NCBI GenBank assembly: GCA_963755915.1
Contig: CAVWLP010000002.1
Location: forward strand, 768,001-832,000
Reading direction: 5' to 3'
Source of the DNA: an uncultured Phycisphaerales bacterium
Lineage (GTDB): Bacteria > Planctomycetota > Phycisphaerae > Tepidisphaerales > Tepidisphaeraceae
Length of the DNA stretch: 64,000 bases
The notes under the pieces were generated by a model, which saw nothing but the letters and a program-made list of their open reading frames with translations, made no database searches and had not been told where the DNA came from. Shown piece by piece: positions 30,304 to 41,897 of the stretch. Position 1 is the stretch's first letter, and every line of letters begins with the position of its first letter. A program made the position numbers and the translations under genes.

Positions 30304-31541
30304 ATGGGAATGCAAATTCAAACGGCGGCGATCATCGGAGGTGGACCGGCGGGGGCGGCGCTGGGGTGTTTGCTGGCTAGGAAGGGGGTGGGGGTGGGGA
30401 TTTATCATACGGATAAGAGGCCGCCGCTGATTGTGGGGGAGTCGCTGCTGCCGGCGGTGGTGCCGATGCTGCGGGAGCTGGGGGTGGAGGAGGAGGTGAA
30501 GAAGTTCAGCGTGCATAAGCCGGGGGCGACGGTTTGTTTGAACCTGGAGGAATCGATCAAGGGCGATTTCCGGTATGCGGATGGAAAGCTGCCGAATTAT
30601 GCATACAACACGCCGAGGGATTTGTTCGACGAGACGATGCTGAAAGCCGCAGAGGAGGCGGGGGCGCGATTATTTCAGAAGGGGGCGAAGCTCCAGCGCG
30701 GCGTCGAGCCGGGAACGGTGCGGCTGAGCGACGAGACGCTGGCCGCGGCGGATGGGTTTTTTGGCGGCAAGCCCGATTTGATCGTGGATGCCAGCGGCCG
30801 GGTGGCGCGATCGCGCGAGCGCTGGATGTTGCGGAAAAGCGCGGCGGGCGAAACGACGTGGCGCTCTTCGCCCACCTGGATAAGTCAGTGATGACCGATC
30901 CGGGGAATGTCCACATCGACTATCTGACGAAAGGCTGGTCGTGGCGGATTCCGCTGCCGGGGAAATTTTCCGTCGGCGTTGTCATCAATCCGGCACACCT
31001 GGGGACATACGGCGATTCAATCGAAAAGCAATTCGATGTATTTATCAGGCAGGAACCTTCGCTGAAGTTTTATACCGAGGGCGCCACGCGACTGACGCCG
31101 GTGGTGAAATATCAGAATTATCAGCTTATATCGGACCGGATGTATGGGCCCGGCTGGGCGATGATCGGAGACGCGGCGGGGTTTATCGATCCGATCTTTT
31201 CGACCGGACTGTACCTGGGAATGAAAAGCGCGTTTGAGCTTGTGAAGGAACTGGACGGCGGCTCGATGGAAAGATACGAAGCGGGCCGGCATTGGGAACT
31301 TAAAATGTGGCAGCGGGTGATCGACAGTTGGTACAACGGAAAGCTCTTCAACCTCTGGCGGGCGGGGAAGAAGCATGAGAACAATTTGCTGGGAAGAAGA
31401 ATCGCGAAGCGCGTTCGCAGACGACTGATCCGCATCTTCACGGGGCAGGCCGTGGATGAAGTGTTTAATATGAAGGTGTTTGAGTATCTGACACTGGCGG
31501 GGACGGTGCTGCGGAATCCGCGGGATTTGGTGGTGGTTTAG
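30304..31541 (+). CDS. FAD-dependent oxidoreductase (halogenase/geranylgeranyl reductase-like; frameshift near 30800)
   Basis: IIGGGPAG, VGESLLP, VDASGR, GWSWRIPL, IGDAAGFIDPIFSTG. Confidence 0.88.
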
Positions 31542-32536
31542 GCTTTTTCTGCGTGCCAGCCGTAGGCGAGATATTTGTGCGTGAATGAGCCGTCGGCGTA
31601 GAGGTCGATGATGCCGTAGCCTTCAGGGGTCTGGAGGCGTGGTCCTTTCCATTTATCGCCGCAGACGGCGCCGTCGCAGATATAGGTGACGCCGTTGTAC
31701 TCGGCCCGGTCGAGGACATGGAGGTGGCCGGAGAGACATAATTTGACATTGGGATGGGCGCCGAAGAGAGCATCGAGCGACTTGAAATCGACGTGCATCC
31801 GGGTGCGGGGAATGAGGATGTCGGGGTCGATCTCGGTTTCGTGATCGAAATAGTTGGCGACGGAAATAATGGGAACGTGAGTGACGACGACAATGGGCGT
31901 GGCGGGCGGCGTGGAGGCGAGATCGAGCTTGAGCCAGTCGAGCTGATCGCCGACGATGCGGGAGGTGTATTCGCTGCCGGTTTTATCGAGATCGAATGAA
32001 TCGAGCACGATGAAATGCCAGCCGGCGGCATCGAAACTAAAGTAGGTTCGGGGATAGCCGAATTCATCGAGGAACCATTTTTTGCCGAAAAACGATTCAT
32101 TTCCGGTGGCCTGGCAAGCCTGCTTGTCGCGGCCGAAGATGTCGTGGTTGCCGATGGTGTGGTGGATGGGAAGAGAGGAGGGGACATTGTCGGCGAGGAT
32201 TTTGCCGTAGAGGGACCAGAGCATGGAGGAGCGAGGCTGTGGGGTTGAGGCGGTGTCCATGGGCATGTCGCCGCCGACGATGAGCATCTGCGGTGGATCC
32301 TTGAGGGACATCATGTGCTGAAAGGCAGAGGTCATACCCTTTCCGCCGCGGAGTTCGGGCTGGACGTGGATATCGGTGGGATGAGCGAAGCGGAGGACGC
32401 GGGGAGAAGAGCCGTTTGGGACAGGAATTTCCTGGGCCGGGGCATCCAAATCGAAGAGCCAGCCGCCGGCGGTGGCGGCGGCCACTGTGACGGCACAGCG
32501 TTTAATCATCGACCGGCGCGAGAGGAGGTGGAGCAT
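31538..32536 (-). CDS. Tat-exported metallophosphoesterase (Icc/CpdA-like)
   Basis: SRRSMIK; TDIH, GGD, GNHD, THVP, LSGHLH. Confidence 0.9.
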   Translation of the reverse strand: MLHLLSRRSMIKRCAVTVAAATAGGWLFDLDAPAQEIPVPNGSSPRVLRFAHPTDIHVQPELRGGKGMTSAFQHMMSLKDPPQMLIVGGDMPMDTASTPQPRSSMLWSLYGKILADNVPSSLPIHHTIGNHDIFGRDKQACQATGNESFFGKKWFLDEFGYPRTYFSFDAAGWHFIVLDSFDLDKTGSEYTSRIVGDQLDWLKLDLASTPPATPIVVVTHVPIISVANYFDHETEIDPDILIPRTRMHVDFKSLDALFGAHPNVKLCLSGHLHVLDRAEYNGVTYICDGAVCGDKWKGPRLQTPEGYGIIDLYADGSFTHKYLAYGWHAEKA

Positions 32537-32790
32537 AAGAAGCGGATTTGATGCAGGCGTGTTTGGGTCTCAGGAGCATTTGATAAAGAGCGGATTAATT
32601 CCGATTTTGGACCGGCGCGGATAGCGATTGCGACAGAATGCGGGGGAAAACGAAGAATTCAGTTTCGTTAAGCGATTGAATCAATGGGGCTTACGCGCCT
32701 TAATGAACTATTCACAGTCCACTCTTGGTTCATTAAACAGCATTGAAAGCGCGCTTGCTATATAGCTTGACCAGAGAAACGGAAAGGTAA

Positions 32791-33666
32791 ATGGCGATTA
32801 CATCAAAAGAACGCCGTGGGGGCGGGTTCACACTCGTGGAACTGTTGGTCGTTATTGGAATTATCGCAATATTGGTGGGTGTTCTCCTCCCGGCACTGAA
32901 TAAGGCGAGAAAAGCGGCGAACGAAGTGAAGTGCATGAGCAATTTTCGCCAATTCGGCGTGGCGTACCAGAACTACGCCAACATTAACGATGGAGAAATG
33001 CCGGACGACGGGACTGGAGACGGCAACACGTCGGCCGCTCCGGTTGGTTCCTGGGATGATCCGCAATTCTGGTGGAACGCGCTTCCTCCGCTGATGTCAG
33101 CGAAGCCTTATTGGCAGCTTCAGCAATTGGGGACCCCGATCCTGCCGGGTTATGCGGACAACAGCATTTGGACCTGCCCCGAAGCCGGTCAGGCGGTGGG
33201 GGGAACCCAGGATTACCCGGTTACGCAGGATGGATTCTTCCAGATGTGGGGATATCCGAGCGGCAACACAATTCCCGCGCCGCTGGGGACGGCGGCGGTG
33301 GTGCAAAAAGTCTATTGGTGCTACGTGATCAACTCAAAATTGAATGACACGCACCCCGCGACGCGGATGTCGCAGCTTCGACCGGCGGCGTGCGTCGTAC
33401 TCATGGTGGAAAAAATGATGAACCCGGGGGACGTCGTGCAACCCGTGCCGCAGGGGATTTCCGTCACTTCACTGGGCCGTTGCAAAACAAGCTATACGCG
33501 CTTCACCGCCCGGCATCGCAAGGGCGGCTTTATTCTCTTCGCGGACGGTCATGTCGAATGGTTTACGCAAGCGCAGATCGCGACGCCTAATAATCCAAGT
33601 GCCGCGATCACGGACTACAACCATTATCCGAACATCATTTTCAATCCCTGGGGCCCTGCGAACTAG
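32791..33666 (+). CDS. Planctomycete prepilin-type N-terminal / H-X9-DG (DUF1559-like) protein
   Basis: [47 protein letters not shown]. Confidence 0.92.
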   Translation: MAITSKERRGGGFTLVELLVVIGIIAILVGVLLPALNKARKAANEVKCMSNFRQFGVAYQNYANINDGEMPDDGTGDGNTSAAPVGSWDDPQFWWNALPPLMSAKPYWQLQQLGTPILPGYADNSIWTCPEAGQAVGGTQDYPVTQDGFFQMWGYPSGNTIPAPLGTAAVVQKVYWCYVINSKLNDTHPATRMSQLRPAACVVLMVEKMMNPGDVVQPVPQGISVTSLGRCKTSYTRFTARHRKGGFILFADGHVEWFTQAQIATPNNPSAAITDYNHYPNIIFNPWGPAN

Positions 33667-33687
33667 TTGTATGTTTTGGAGCGGAGA

Positions 33688-36111
33688 ATGAGAAAAGGCA
33701 AAAATATTTCGAAACTGGCTGTCGCGACCGCGGCAATCGCTTGCGCAAATCGGGCGATGGCACAGTTCACGGGGTTTCAATCCCCCAATGATCTGGTGGT
33801 TGTCGAAGTCACCGACAACGGAATCGCGGGGAACGAAGATGCGGTTTCGCTTCAGGAGTTCACGACCTCGGGGACGGCGGTGGGAAATCCACTGAACTTG
33901 CCGACCGCAAACGGTTCGGCATTAACGCTGCCCGATATTTCAGACCATGACGGGCAGCTTGAACTTTCGGCGAACAAGAAATTTCTCGAGTTGGGCGCCT
34001 ACCTGGCGAATGTTGGTTCGCCCGCGGCAAACGGGGAAACACCGGAAGAGGCGCCGAGGGTGATTTCCGACATTTCCGCCAGCGGCGCGATCAATTCCAC
34101 AACGCAGTTGTCAGGCCAGGACGATTACAACAGTGTTTCGCTTCGCTCGGTGGCATCTGTGGACGGCCTTGAATTCTGGACGACCGGGAACGATGACAAG
34201 CCGTACACTGATCCGGTCAACGGCGACGTCGGCGGACTTCGATATTCAACGCTGGGCGCGACGACTTCGACCGGAATGAACGACGGGAACGGGTTCGATA
34301 ATCGAACCGCGACGATCTACGACGACACGCTTTATGTGGATACGGGTTCGGACAACAGCCCGGGAGGCGCGCATACGCTGTATCAGGTGGGCTCGGGCGG
34401 ATATCCGCTGCCGACGAACGGGCCGAGTTTCTCCGCCCTGCCGCTGTCCGGAGGGGGCGATATTCCCGGCAACCAGAGCCAGCAGTTCGTAACGCTGGCC
34501 AACGGAACGGAAGTTCTGTACGAGACGAACAGCACCCAGGGGGCGGTTGATAAGCTGGTCTATACCACCTCCGGATGGGTGTACGAAGGGGACGCCCTGA
34601 TAAGCGGCGTTGAAGATCTCGCGGTCTCAGTCAGCGGTAATACGGTCAACCTTTACTCGAGCACCGATGGTGGCGTCTATGATTTAACGGATTCGGGCGG
34701 GAACGGGCCATTTAGCTCAACCGCGTTCAATTCCCTGATCACTCCGGGGGCAAATGCGCAATTCCGGGGAATTTCGTTTGCGCCGCTTAGCACGATCGAC
34801 AGCGATTGGGGACTTGCCACCGGCGGAACGTGGAGCACCTATGTCGATTGGGACAACGGCGTTCCCTGGAGCCCCGGAGACACGGCGACCTTTGGCGGCG
34901 CGCTGAGCTCCTCCGGATCAGTTACCCTAGACGGCAACTGGACCATCGGACATGTCATCTTTAACAATTCCTCTGCAAGCTACACCATCGCGACAGGAAG
35001 CCCGACGGGAACGCTCACACTCAACGACGCGGGCGGAACCGGAGCGGCGGACATTACCGTCGACGCGGGCTCGCACACGATTTCGGCGCCGGTGTCGCTG
35101 ACCAACGGCGGAACGCTGAACACCGCCACCAATACGAGCCTGACTATCAGCGGGGCGATTTCAGGATCGGGCGGATTGATCGCCGCGGGCAGCGGGACCG
35201 CGTTCCTGTCGGGAGGCAACTCCTATTCCGGCGGGACGACGGTCAACGCGGGGGCGACGCTTGTGGCCAGCGTCACGGGCGCACTGCCGGGCGATTCGGC
35301 GCTGACGAACAACGGGGCGGCACACATCAACGGCAATCAGGTGCTCAGCTCATTGAGCGGCAGCGGGACGATTTATGTCGGCAGCGGGGTCGCCAACACG
35401 GTTCAACTCGCGACCGGAAGCGGCAAGGCCACGCAGGGGGGAGTCGTTCTATCCGGAAATTCCACTCTCGACATCACCAATAACCACCTGATCATTTCCT
35501 ATTCGGGCAGCGACCCGATGGGGACGATTTATGGTTACCTCAAGAGCGGGTTCAACAACGGAAGCTGGACGGGCCTGGGAATCGTTTCGTCAACCGCGGC
35601 GACGCAAGACGCAACAACGGGGGCGTTGAAATATGGGGTGGGGTTCGCGGACGGAAACGATGGCACGCATAACGTCGCCGGTCTTTCCAGCGGGCAGATC
35701 GAATTGAAATATACGTTGCTGGGGGATGCGAATCTGGACGGCTCGGTAAACGGGAGCGATTTCAGCATCCTGGCGGCGAACTTTGGGCTCGGGGCGACCA
35801 ACTGGGATCAGGGAAATTTCCTGTTCAGCTCCTCGGTTAATGGAAGCGATTTCAGCGCGCTGGCTGCCAACTTTGGTCAGGGGGACAACGGAGCGGACGC
35901 GGTTTTGCCGGCGGATCTGGCGGCGTTGGACGCCTTTGCTGCCGCCAACGGGTTACCGCAGCCGGTGATCGCGGCGGTGCCGGAACCCGCGTCGGTCGGG
36001 GTATTGTCGCTGGCCTGCGGGGGATTGCTTCTTCGAAGAAAACGAAATCCTCGAATTTCACACGTTAGAGGCCCTGCAATTCAAGATTTTTCTGAAGGGC
36101 CGTTCATGTAA
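33688..36111 (+). CDS. PEP-CTERM protein with autotransporter-associated beta-strand repeat and dockerin-like repeats
   Basis: Signal peptide; GSGTAFLSGGNSYSGGTTVNAG; GDANLDGSVNGSDF; VPEPASVGVLSLACGGLLLRRKR. Confidence 0.88.
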   Translation: MRKGKNISKLAVATAAIACANRAMAQFTGFQSPNDLVVVEVTDNGIAGNEDAVSLQEFTTSGTAVGNPLNLPTANGSALTLPDISDHDGQLELSANKKFLELGAYLANVGSPAANGETPEEAPRVISDISASGAINSTTQLSGQDDYNSVSLRSVASVDGLEFWTTGNDDKPYTDPVNGDVGGLRYSTLGATTSTGMNDGNGFDNRTATIYDDTLYVDTGSDNSPGGAHTLYQVGSGGYPLPTNGPSFSALPLSGGGDIPGNQSQQFVTLANGTEVLYETNSTQGAVDKLVYTTSGWVYEGDALISGVEDLAVSVSGNTVNLYSSTDGGVYDLTDSGGNGPFSSTAFNSLITPGANAQFRGISFAPLSTIDSDWGLATGGTWSTYVDWDNGVPWSPGDTATFGGALSSSGSVTLDGNWTIGHVIFNNSSASYTIATGSPTGTLTLNDAGGTGAADITVDAGSHTISAPVSLTNGGTLNTATNTSLTISGAISGSGGLIAAGSGTAFLSGGNSYSGGTTVNAGATLVASVTGALPGDSALTNNGAAHINGNQVLSSLSGSGTIYVGSGVANTVQLATGSGKATQGGVVLSGNSTLDITNNHLIISYSGSDPMGTIYGYLKSGFNNGSWTGLGIVSSTAATQDATTGALKYGVGFADGNDGTHNVAGLSSGQIELKYTLLGDANLDGSVNGSDFSILAANFGLGATNWDQGNFLFSSSVNGSDFSALAANFGQGDNGADAVLPADLAALDAFAAANGLPQPVIAAVPEPASVGVLSLACGGLLLRRKRNPRISHVRGPAIQDFSEGPFM

Positions 36112-36171
36112 CAGGTCCGCCGATGTTCGGCCGGACGAAGCGTTTATTTCTTCCATTTAAGGAGGTTGATC

Positions 36172-37401
36172 ATGCGACCAAAGGTTTCTAAACAACTGGT
36201 GTTCCTGGCAGCGGCGGTTGCCGCGGCGGGAATGGGATCGGTGGTTCGAGCGGATTTGACGACGTTCACTCCGGGCGACCTGGTGGTGCTGGATGGCACT
36301 TCGCAGGCGGAAGACACGGGAACTGTCCCCGCCGTCCTGCTGGAATATACGCCCACCGGCACCCTGGTGGGGCAGTTGACGGTTCCGTCGTCAGCATCGG
36401 GATCAAACAATCCCTTGACGTTGAACAACGCATCGGCCGTGAGCCTCAGCCATGAAGGCGTATTAACGCTTTCGGAAAACGGGCAATGGCTGGCCTTCGC
36501 AGGATACGACGCGACCCCTGGCGCCACGACGGCGCCGAATGATACCACCGGCACGGTTGCGGAAGTGAACCTATTCGCCCCGACTCTTTCGGTTAACACT
36601 TCGACGACGATCGCAGACGGTGGGACCAACGTGCGAGCGGCGACGACGATCGACGGCAACGAGTTCTGGGTTGCCGAGGCTCACGGCACATCCTCATCCG
36701 GTCCGGGTGGGCTGAGCTATATCAGCGGGACAGGCGCCGGCGCGACGGTGACGAACCTGGGCGGCACGCTGGATCCGCGCGCCGTCACCGTCCTTGGCGG
36801 AGCCAATCCGAGCACGGGTGTTCTTGTCGCGGGCTCGGGATCGAGCAGCTTCGCCGGCTTCGGCGGGACGGGCCATGGCGTCTACGGCTTGACCGCCAGC
36901 GGCGGTGGGCTACCGACGGCTACGCCGATCGCCGGTTCTCAAATCAATGGCGACGCCAGCGATGGGAACGACGAGATTTTCACCAACGAGCCGGGGGATA
37001 CGAACAGCTACAACGGCTACAACACGCTGTTCATCGCGGCCAATACCAGTGGCGTCGCGGGATTCATCGAGAAATATGAGTACAACGGATCGCTATTTGA
37101 GCCGGTCGGATCGATCGTCGATACAGCCGGCACTGTGCTTCCGATTGGACTCACGACACAGTTGGACGCCACAACCGGCAACGTGGATGTGTTCTACACC
37201 GAACCAACGGGCATCTACGAGCTGAACACCGCGGACAACGCGACGAGTGGTTTCATTTCCAGCACCTCATCGCTGGTGGCCAGCGCTCCGAGCGACACGG
37301 CCTTTTATGGGATTTCCAATGTTCCCGAGCCGGCATCGGCAGGACTGGCTGCGCTGAGCGCTTTTGGGCTGCTTGCCCGGCGGCGCAGCCGCAAGGCGTG
37401 A
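36172..37401 (+). CDS. PEP-CTERM protein; N-terminal domain paralogous to the preceding gene
   Basis: AGGAGG RBS; FTPGDLVV..LLEYTPTG..HEGVLTLSENG; VPEPASAGLAALSAFGLLARRRSRK. Confidence 0.88.
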   Translation: MRPKVSKQLVFLAAAVAAAGMGSVVRADLTTFTPGDLVVLDGTSQAEDTGTVPAVLLEYTPTGTLVGQLTVPSSASGSNNPLTLNNASAVSLSHEGVLTLSENGQWLAFAGYDATPGATTAPNDTTGTVAEVNLFAPTLSVNTSTTIADGGTNVRAATTIDGNEFWVAEAHGTSSSGPGGLSYISGTGAGATVTNLGGTLDPRAVTVLGGANPSTGVLVAGSGSSSFAGFGGTGHGVYGLTASGGGLPTATPIAGSQINGDASDGNDEIFTNEPGDTNSYNGYNTLFIAANTSGVAGFIEKYEYNGSLFEPVGSIVDTAGTVLPIGLTTQLDATTGNVDVFYTEPTGIYELNTADNATSGFISSTSSLVASAPSDTAFYGISNVPEPASAGLAALSAFGLLARRRSRKA

Positions 37402-37435
37402 TCGCCGGAAAATCGTTCCTGTGTATTGCCCACCG

Positions 37436-37470
37436 GGAGCGGAGTGGCTCATCCACTCCGCTCCTTTTTT
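37436..37470 (+). terminator. Intrinsic terminator
   Basis: GGAGCGGAGTGG-ctcat-CCACTCCGCTCC-TTTTTT. Confidence 0.9.
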
Positions 37471-38245
37471 ATTGGTGATCTGAAGCGGCCTGGGTTTCGA
37501 GCGTTTTGGCGATGGCGCGGAGATGGTCTTCCTCCCATGAGGAGACGCCGCCGTTGTTGGAGAATCTGACCCAGTTGTGGCCAAAGCGGCGCATTTCGTC
37601 GATGGCCTGGGAGACGGGCCAGTGCTCGTACTTGATGCGGATGTAGGCGGCGACGATGCCGGTGCGGTCGTGACCGGCGGAGCAGTGGAAGACGACGCCG
37701 CCGGTCTGGGCGCGGCGGAGGATGTCGGCGCTCACCAGGTCGAGCCAGGTTTGGACCTGGGCGTCGGTCATATATTCAAGCGAATTGGGCCCGGCGTTGT
37801 TCATAGGGTGGTCGATGAAATTGATGCCGTTTGATTCGGCGGTGGATTTTTCCAGGGCGATGCGGGTTTTGAGCTGAAGGGATTTTTGCACGTCGGCGGC
37901 GTCGGAGCCGTCGGCGTGGTCGGGGTCTTCAAGGCAAATGATGGTGCGGATGCCAAGGTCATAGAGATGATGGATGCGCACCTGGGCGATGGCGGCCTGG
38001 CGATCGGCATCGCTGGGCATGGTGGTGGGCGTGCCAAGATCGCGCACGGGGGAGGCGCAGCGGAAGATGTCGACGCGGCCGTCGATCAGGCCGAGGGAGT
38101 GGAAGTCTCTGAGGATGGGGTCCTCGGAGGGAACGCGCTCGCCGACTTTTTGGGGGGAGGGCTGGGTGGTTGGATCGGCCTGGGCGGAGATGGCAGTAAA
38201 GAGAGCGACGAAGGCGGCGATGGTGAGAATTGGCGATTTATTCAT
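37469..38245 (-). CDS. Secreted cysteine-based (PTP/dual-specificity) phosphatase
   Basis: Signal peptide; GIRTIICL; FHCSAGHDRTG (CX5R). Confidence 0.88.
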   Translation of the reverse strand: MNKSPILTIAAFVALFTAISAQADPTTQPSPQKVGERVPSEDPILRDFHSLGLIDGRVDIFRCASPVRDLGTPTTMPSDADRQAAIAQVRIHHLYDLGIRTIICLEDPDHADGSDAADVQKSLQLKTRIALEKSTAESNGINFIDHPMNNAGPNSLEYMTDAQVQTWLDLVSADILRRAQTGGVVFHCSAGHDRTGIVAAYIRIKYEHWPVSQAIDEMRRFGHNWVRFSNNGGVSSWEEDHLRAIAKTLETQAASDHQ

Positions 38246-38357
38246 AAGGGTTTTCCCGGGCGGGATTTTCTTATGGTTTTGTTAGGAATGGTTTAAGATC
38301 GGGAAAGTTCAACGGCCGGGTTTTCATTGCGGCTTTGGCCGGCCGCGCGTTGAACGC

Positions 38358-39782
38358 TCAACCATAAAAGCGGCGCCAGACCAGGTAAAGCAGAACTGCC
38401 GACATCGTCAGGCAGGCGGCGACGGCGGCGAGGTTCAGCGCGGTGTCACGCCGGCGCGATGGTGCGAGGCGCGGAAGCTTTCGCAGGATCGCGATGGCGA
38501 TCAGAAAAAGCGGGGGCGTCAACGGAAAGAGATAGCGGCCCTGCAAGCCTTCGATTTCGGAGAGGCCCACGGGCGTCCAATAGAGGTAGTTGAGCAGCAG
38601 GATCAGAAATGTTGAAGCGAGTATCAGCGGCACGATTAGAAAGATCGCTCTCCCCGCGTACGGAATGGATGGGCTACTGGGTGCGGTCCAGCAGGCCAAA
38701 AGCAGCAGGAGCAGCCAGGCGATTACCAGGGGCGCGGGAAAAAACCCGTCGATCCAGCCGATGACGGCGACATACGTCTGGCAGACGAACCAGGGGAAAT
38801 CCCTCGCCGTGTTCCGGAGGAGACCGGGGATTCGGCCCGGATTCTGGCGGAGATAGTCGAGCTGCCGCTGCGGGGAGACGCTGGGGTCATCGGTAATCCT
38901 GGTGTTGAGGCTGGAAGTGGCGGAGGTCCAGAGAGACAGGACAAAGAGATTGACGACGATGAGCAGGGCGATCTGAGCGAATTTCCTGGGGCCGCCGCCA
39001 AAGTTTCGCGCCGGGATGAGAAACACCATCAGCAGCAGAGGCGCGTAGACGATTTTTGCCACTGAGAGCGGGAGAGAAACAAGGTGGAAAGACAGAAGCG
39101 AGCGGCGATTGACGGAATTGGCGCCGGCGACGAAATAACGGCAGACGAGGGACGTGAACAACGCAGCCAGGGCGTTGGTCAGCGTGTCGGCGGAAACGCT
39201 GGCCGCCAGCGACAGCATCGTCGGCGTGAGCAGAAGCAGAAACATCGGCCGGGCCATGACCGGGGCGGCGCAGCGAGAGGTATCCAAGCAATGCGAAGAC
39301 AACAAGATTGGATTCGCGGCTGAGATAAAAGATGATCGCGACGCGATCGAAAAACAGACGGCCTAATGCGATTCCCAGGCATTGCGGCAAATACGCCAGC
39401 GGGAAATAGTGCGCGGTGTTGCCAAACGCGAGAAAACTTTGGTGGTCGGGGTCGAGCGGAATCTTCAGCGAATCGAGGATATAGCGCGCGGAAGTTTTAA
39501 TGGCGGGCCGGTTGATCATGGGCGCGAATTGCGTGGAAAAGAGCGTCAGTCCTTCGGGGAGATATGCCCCCTGCTCCCCCTGGACGGTAGCCTGGCGTGA
39601 AATGAACTCTCCCTGGGTGATCTGCCAGGGCGCCAGAAATGTTCCGGTTCGTCGGCGGATTGAAATGGAGGATTGATGACAACCAGCGCACTGCCGACGA
39701 GCAGGGCGATGACAACAAACATCCCGGGAAGCTGAATCAGCAGCGAGCGCGAAAGAGGGCGCCCATCCGGGGGCGTGGTCAT
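38358..39782 (-). CDS. DUF2142-like (GT-C) membrane protein, several frameshifts
   Basis: PPFQSADEPEHF, YFPLAYLPQ, SVSADT, KIVY, GLQGRYLFP spread over three frames. Confidence 0.7.
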
Positions 39783-39794
39783 GCGGCTATCTTC

Positions 39795-40768
39795 TCAGCG
39801 GATGTTTTTTTCCGCCAGCCAGCGCTCGGCGTCGAGGGCGGCTTTGCAGCCCATGGCGGCGGCAGTGATGGCTTGCTTATAGGTGGGGTCGGCAACGTCG
39901 CCGGCGGCGAAAACGCCCTCGACGCTGGTCGTGGTGCGAAAGGGGTCGGCGAGGAAGATGAAGCCCTTGGAGTCGAGCTGCAGTTGGCCGCCGAGAAACG
40001 TGGTGTTGGGCGTGTGGCCGATGGCGACGAACATGCCATGGGCCTCGATGGTGCTGGTGTCGTTGCTGATAAGATTTTTCACGCGGATTCCCTTCACACC
40101 GCCGGCGGGGTCGCCGAGGACTTCCTCGACGACGGAGTTCCAGACCGGCTTGACGTTGGGGATGGCGAGCAAACGCGCAGCCATGATTTTGAGGCGCGCA
40201 ATTCCGCCCGGCGGTGGACGAGGTAAACGGTGCTGGCGAACTTGGTGAGATGGATGGCCTCTTCGGCGGCGGAATCCCCCCCACCGACGACCACGACGGG
40301 CTGCTTGCGAAAGCGCGGCAGCGCGCCGTCGCAGACAGCGCAGGCGGAAACGCCGTGGTTTTTAAATATCTCTTCCGAGGGCAGGCCGAGGTAATTCGCG
40401 CTGGCGCCGGTGGCAATGACCAGAGCCTCCGCGGAAGCGGAATTGCCGGCGGAGTCGGTCATGGTGAAGGGGCGGCGGGAAAGATCGACTTTAACGATGT
40501 CCTGGGTAATGACGCTCGTTCCAAAGCGAACGGCCTGCTGCTGCATGGCGTCCATGAGCTCGGGGCCGAGGATGCCCTTGGGGAAGCCGGGATAATTTTC
40601 GACATCAGTGGTGGCGTTGAGCTGGCCGAGGGGTAGCGTTCCTTTCAGGCGGTTTTCCTCGCTGATGGCGCCTTCGTACAGAACGGGATTTAAATTGGCC
40701 CGGGCGGCGTAAATGGCGCACGTCCAGGCGGCGGGACCGGAACCGATGATGATGATCTTTTCGGGCAT
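39795..40768 (-). CDS. trxB: Thioredoxin reductase (frameshift near 40190)
   Basis: [56 protein letters not shown]. Confidence 0.95.
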
Positions 40769-40825
40769 ATCTGAATTCTAGGCGAGCCGAACGGTTTGGG
40801 AAACGGCGCGTGAACGGGGAACGCT

Positions 40826-41203
40826 TTAGAAGTGATAACCCTTCTTTTCGGAGTCCGTGGGGCCGGCGAAGAGGAAAAACGCGAAACCGATGCCGATGAT
40901 GCCGAAGCCGATGCCCATCGAAATGAGGGTAAGGTTGTCGAAGTGGTGCATGAGGACGAGCCAGCCGGCGCCGGTCAAAATAATGAAGAGGCAGCCGAAC
41001 ATGCGAAGCCAGTAGAAGAGCCTTTCGGAAAATGTGAGCTTGCGCGGCGGCTCTTGCTTCCTTTGCGGCGCAATTTGCGGCGCAACAGGCTGGGCGGGAA
41101 CAACCCGGCGATATTCAATGACCTGCGGCGGTGGCTGGACCGGAAGGTTTTGGCTCGGCGGGATGACCAGATCGTATGTGGAATCGGAAGGGTCGGTGGA
41201 CAT
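40826..41203 (-). CDS. Hypothetical two-TM membrane protein
   Basis: Pro-rich N-terminus followed by two hydrophobic helices. Confidence 0.65.
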   Translation of the reverse strand: MSTDPSDSTYDLVIPPSQNLPVQPPPQVIEYRRVVPAQPVAPQIAPQRKQEPPRKLTFSERLFYWLRMFGCLFIILTGAGWLVLMHHFDNLTLISMGIGFGIIGIGFAFFLFAGPTDSEKKGYHF

Positions 41204-41324
41204 GGTAAACGCTCCGAATTCGACGTGACGGAGTCGCGGCTATTATATTGTTGACACCATCGCGCCGCAAAAGATTTCGTCGCGTAGAGGAATGAGTGTG
41301 TGCCCAATTTGCGAAAAGGGTCTA

Positions 41325-41353
41325 CCCCCTCTCTCTGAGTACAGGGCGAGGGG
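41325..41353 (+). repeat. Degenerate REP-like family A hairpin
   Basis: ccccctctctctgagtacagggcgagggg. Confidence 0.55.
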
Positions 41354-41409
41354 AGAAGACGCGAATGCGTCGAAGGTTAAAGGGGTGGCGATAAGAAGAT
41401 TTGATGCGA

Positions 41410-41889
41410 TCACGCCGTTGGCGGAGCAAAGAATGCCTCCGCCCGATCGGCCAGGGCATGCTTCAAGCGCATCTGGTGATCCTCGCGCAGTGGCGGTAAC
41501 GCGTCGAGGGGAAAATAGGCGACGTCGAGGGATTCATCGTCGTTGACGTGCGGCTCACCGCTGAGGGGTTTGCAGAGAAAAGAAATCGTGAAGTAGATGC
41601 ACTGGTCGCCGTTGGGGTAGGTGATTTCCGGGCCGGCGTAGACGCCGGTGACGCGTACGGGTTCCACGCGAACGGCGGTCTCCTCGAAGACTTCGCGGAC
41701 GACGGCGTCGGCGGGCTCTTCGAGGGGGTCGACGAACCCGCCGATCGTCAGCCAGGTGCCGGTGTCGCAGCTCTTGTGAAGAAGTTGCTCGCGGCGGTCG
41801 TTGATGACGATGGCGTTAATCGCGGGAAGGTAAAGCTTGCCGTGGCCGATCTGGCGGCGGATTTCGCGGATGTACGGCGGAATGGGCAT
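41410..41889 (-). CDS. NUDIX hydrolase
   Basis: GGFVDPLEEPADAVVREVFEET Nudix box; YPNGDQ; DDESL. Confidence 0.92.
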   Translation of the reverse strand: MPIPPYIREIRRQIGHGKLYLPAINAIVINDRREQLLHKSCDTGTWLTIGGFVDPLEEPADAVVREVFEETAVRVEPVRVTGVYAGPEITYPNGDQCIYFTISFLCKPLSGEPHVNDDESLDVAYFPLDALPPLREDHQMRLKHALADRAEAFFAPPTA

Positions 41890-41897
41890 TAGCGCCG

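Noticed and set aside
30304-31541. Halogenase as part of a biosynthetic gene cluster
   Set aside because: It has a WxWxIP motif but no carrier protein, PKS/NRPS or flavin reductase nearby, so the function cannot be assigned.
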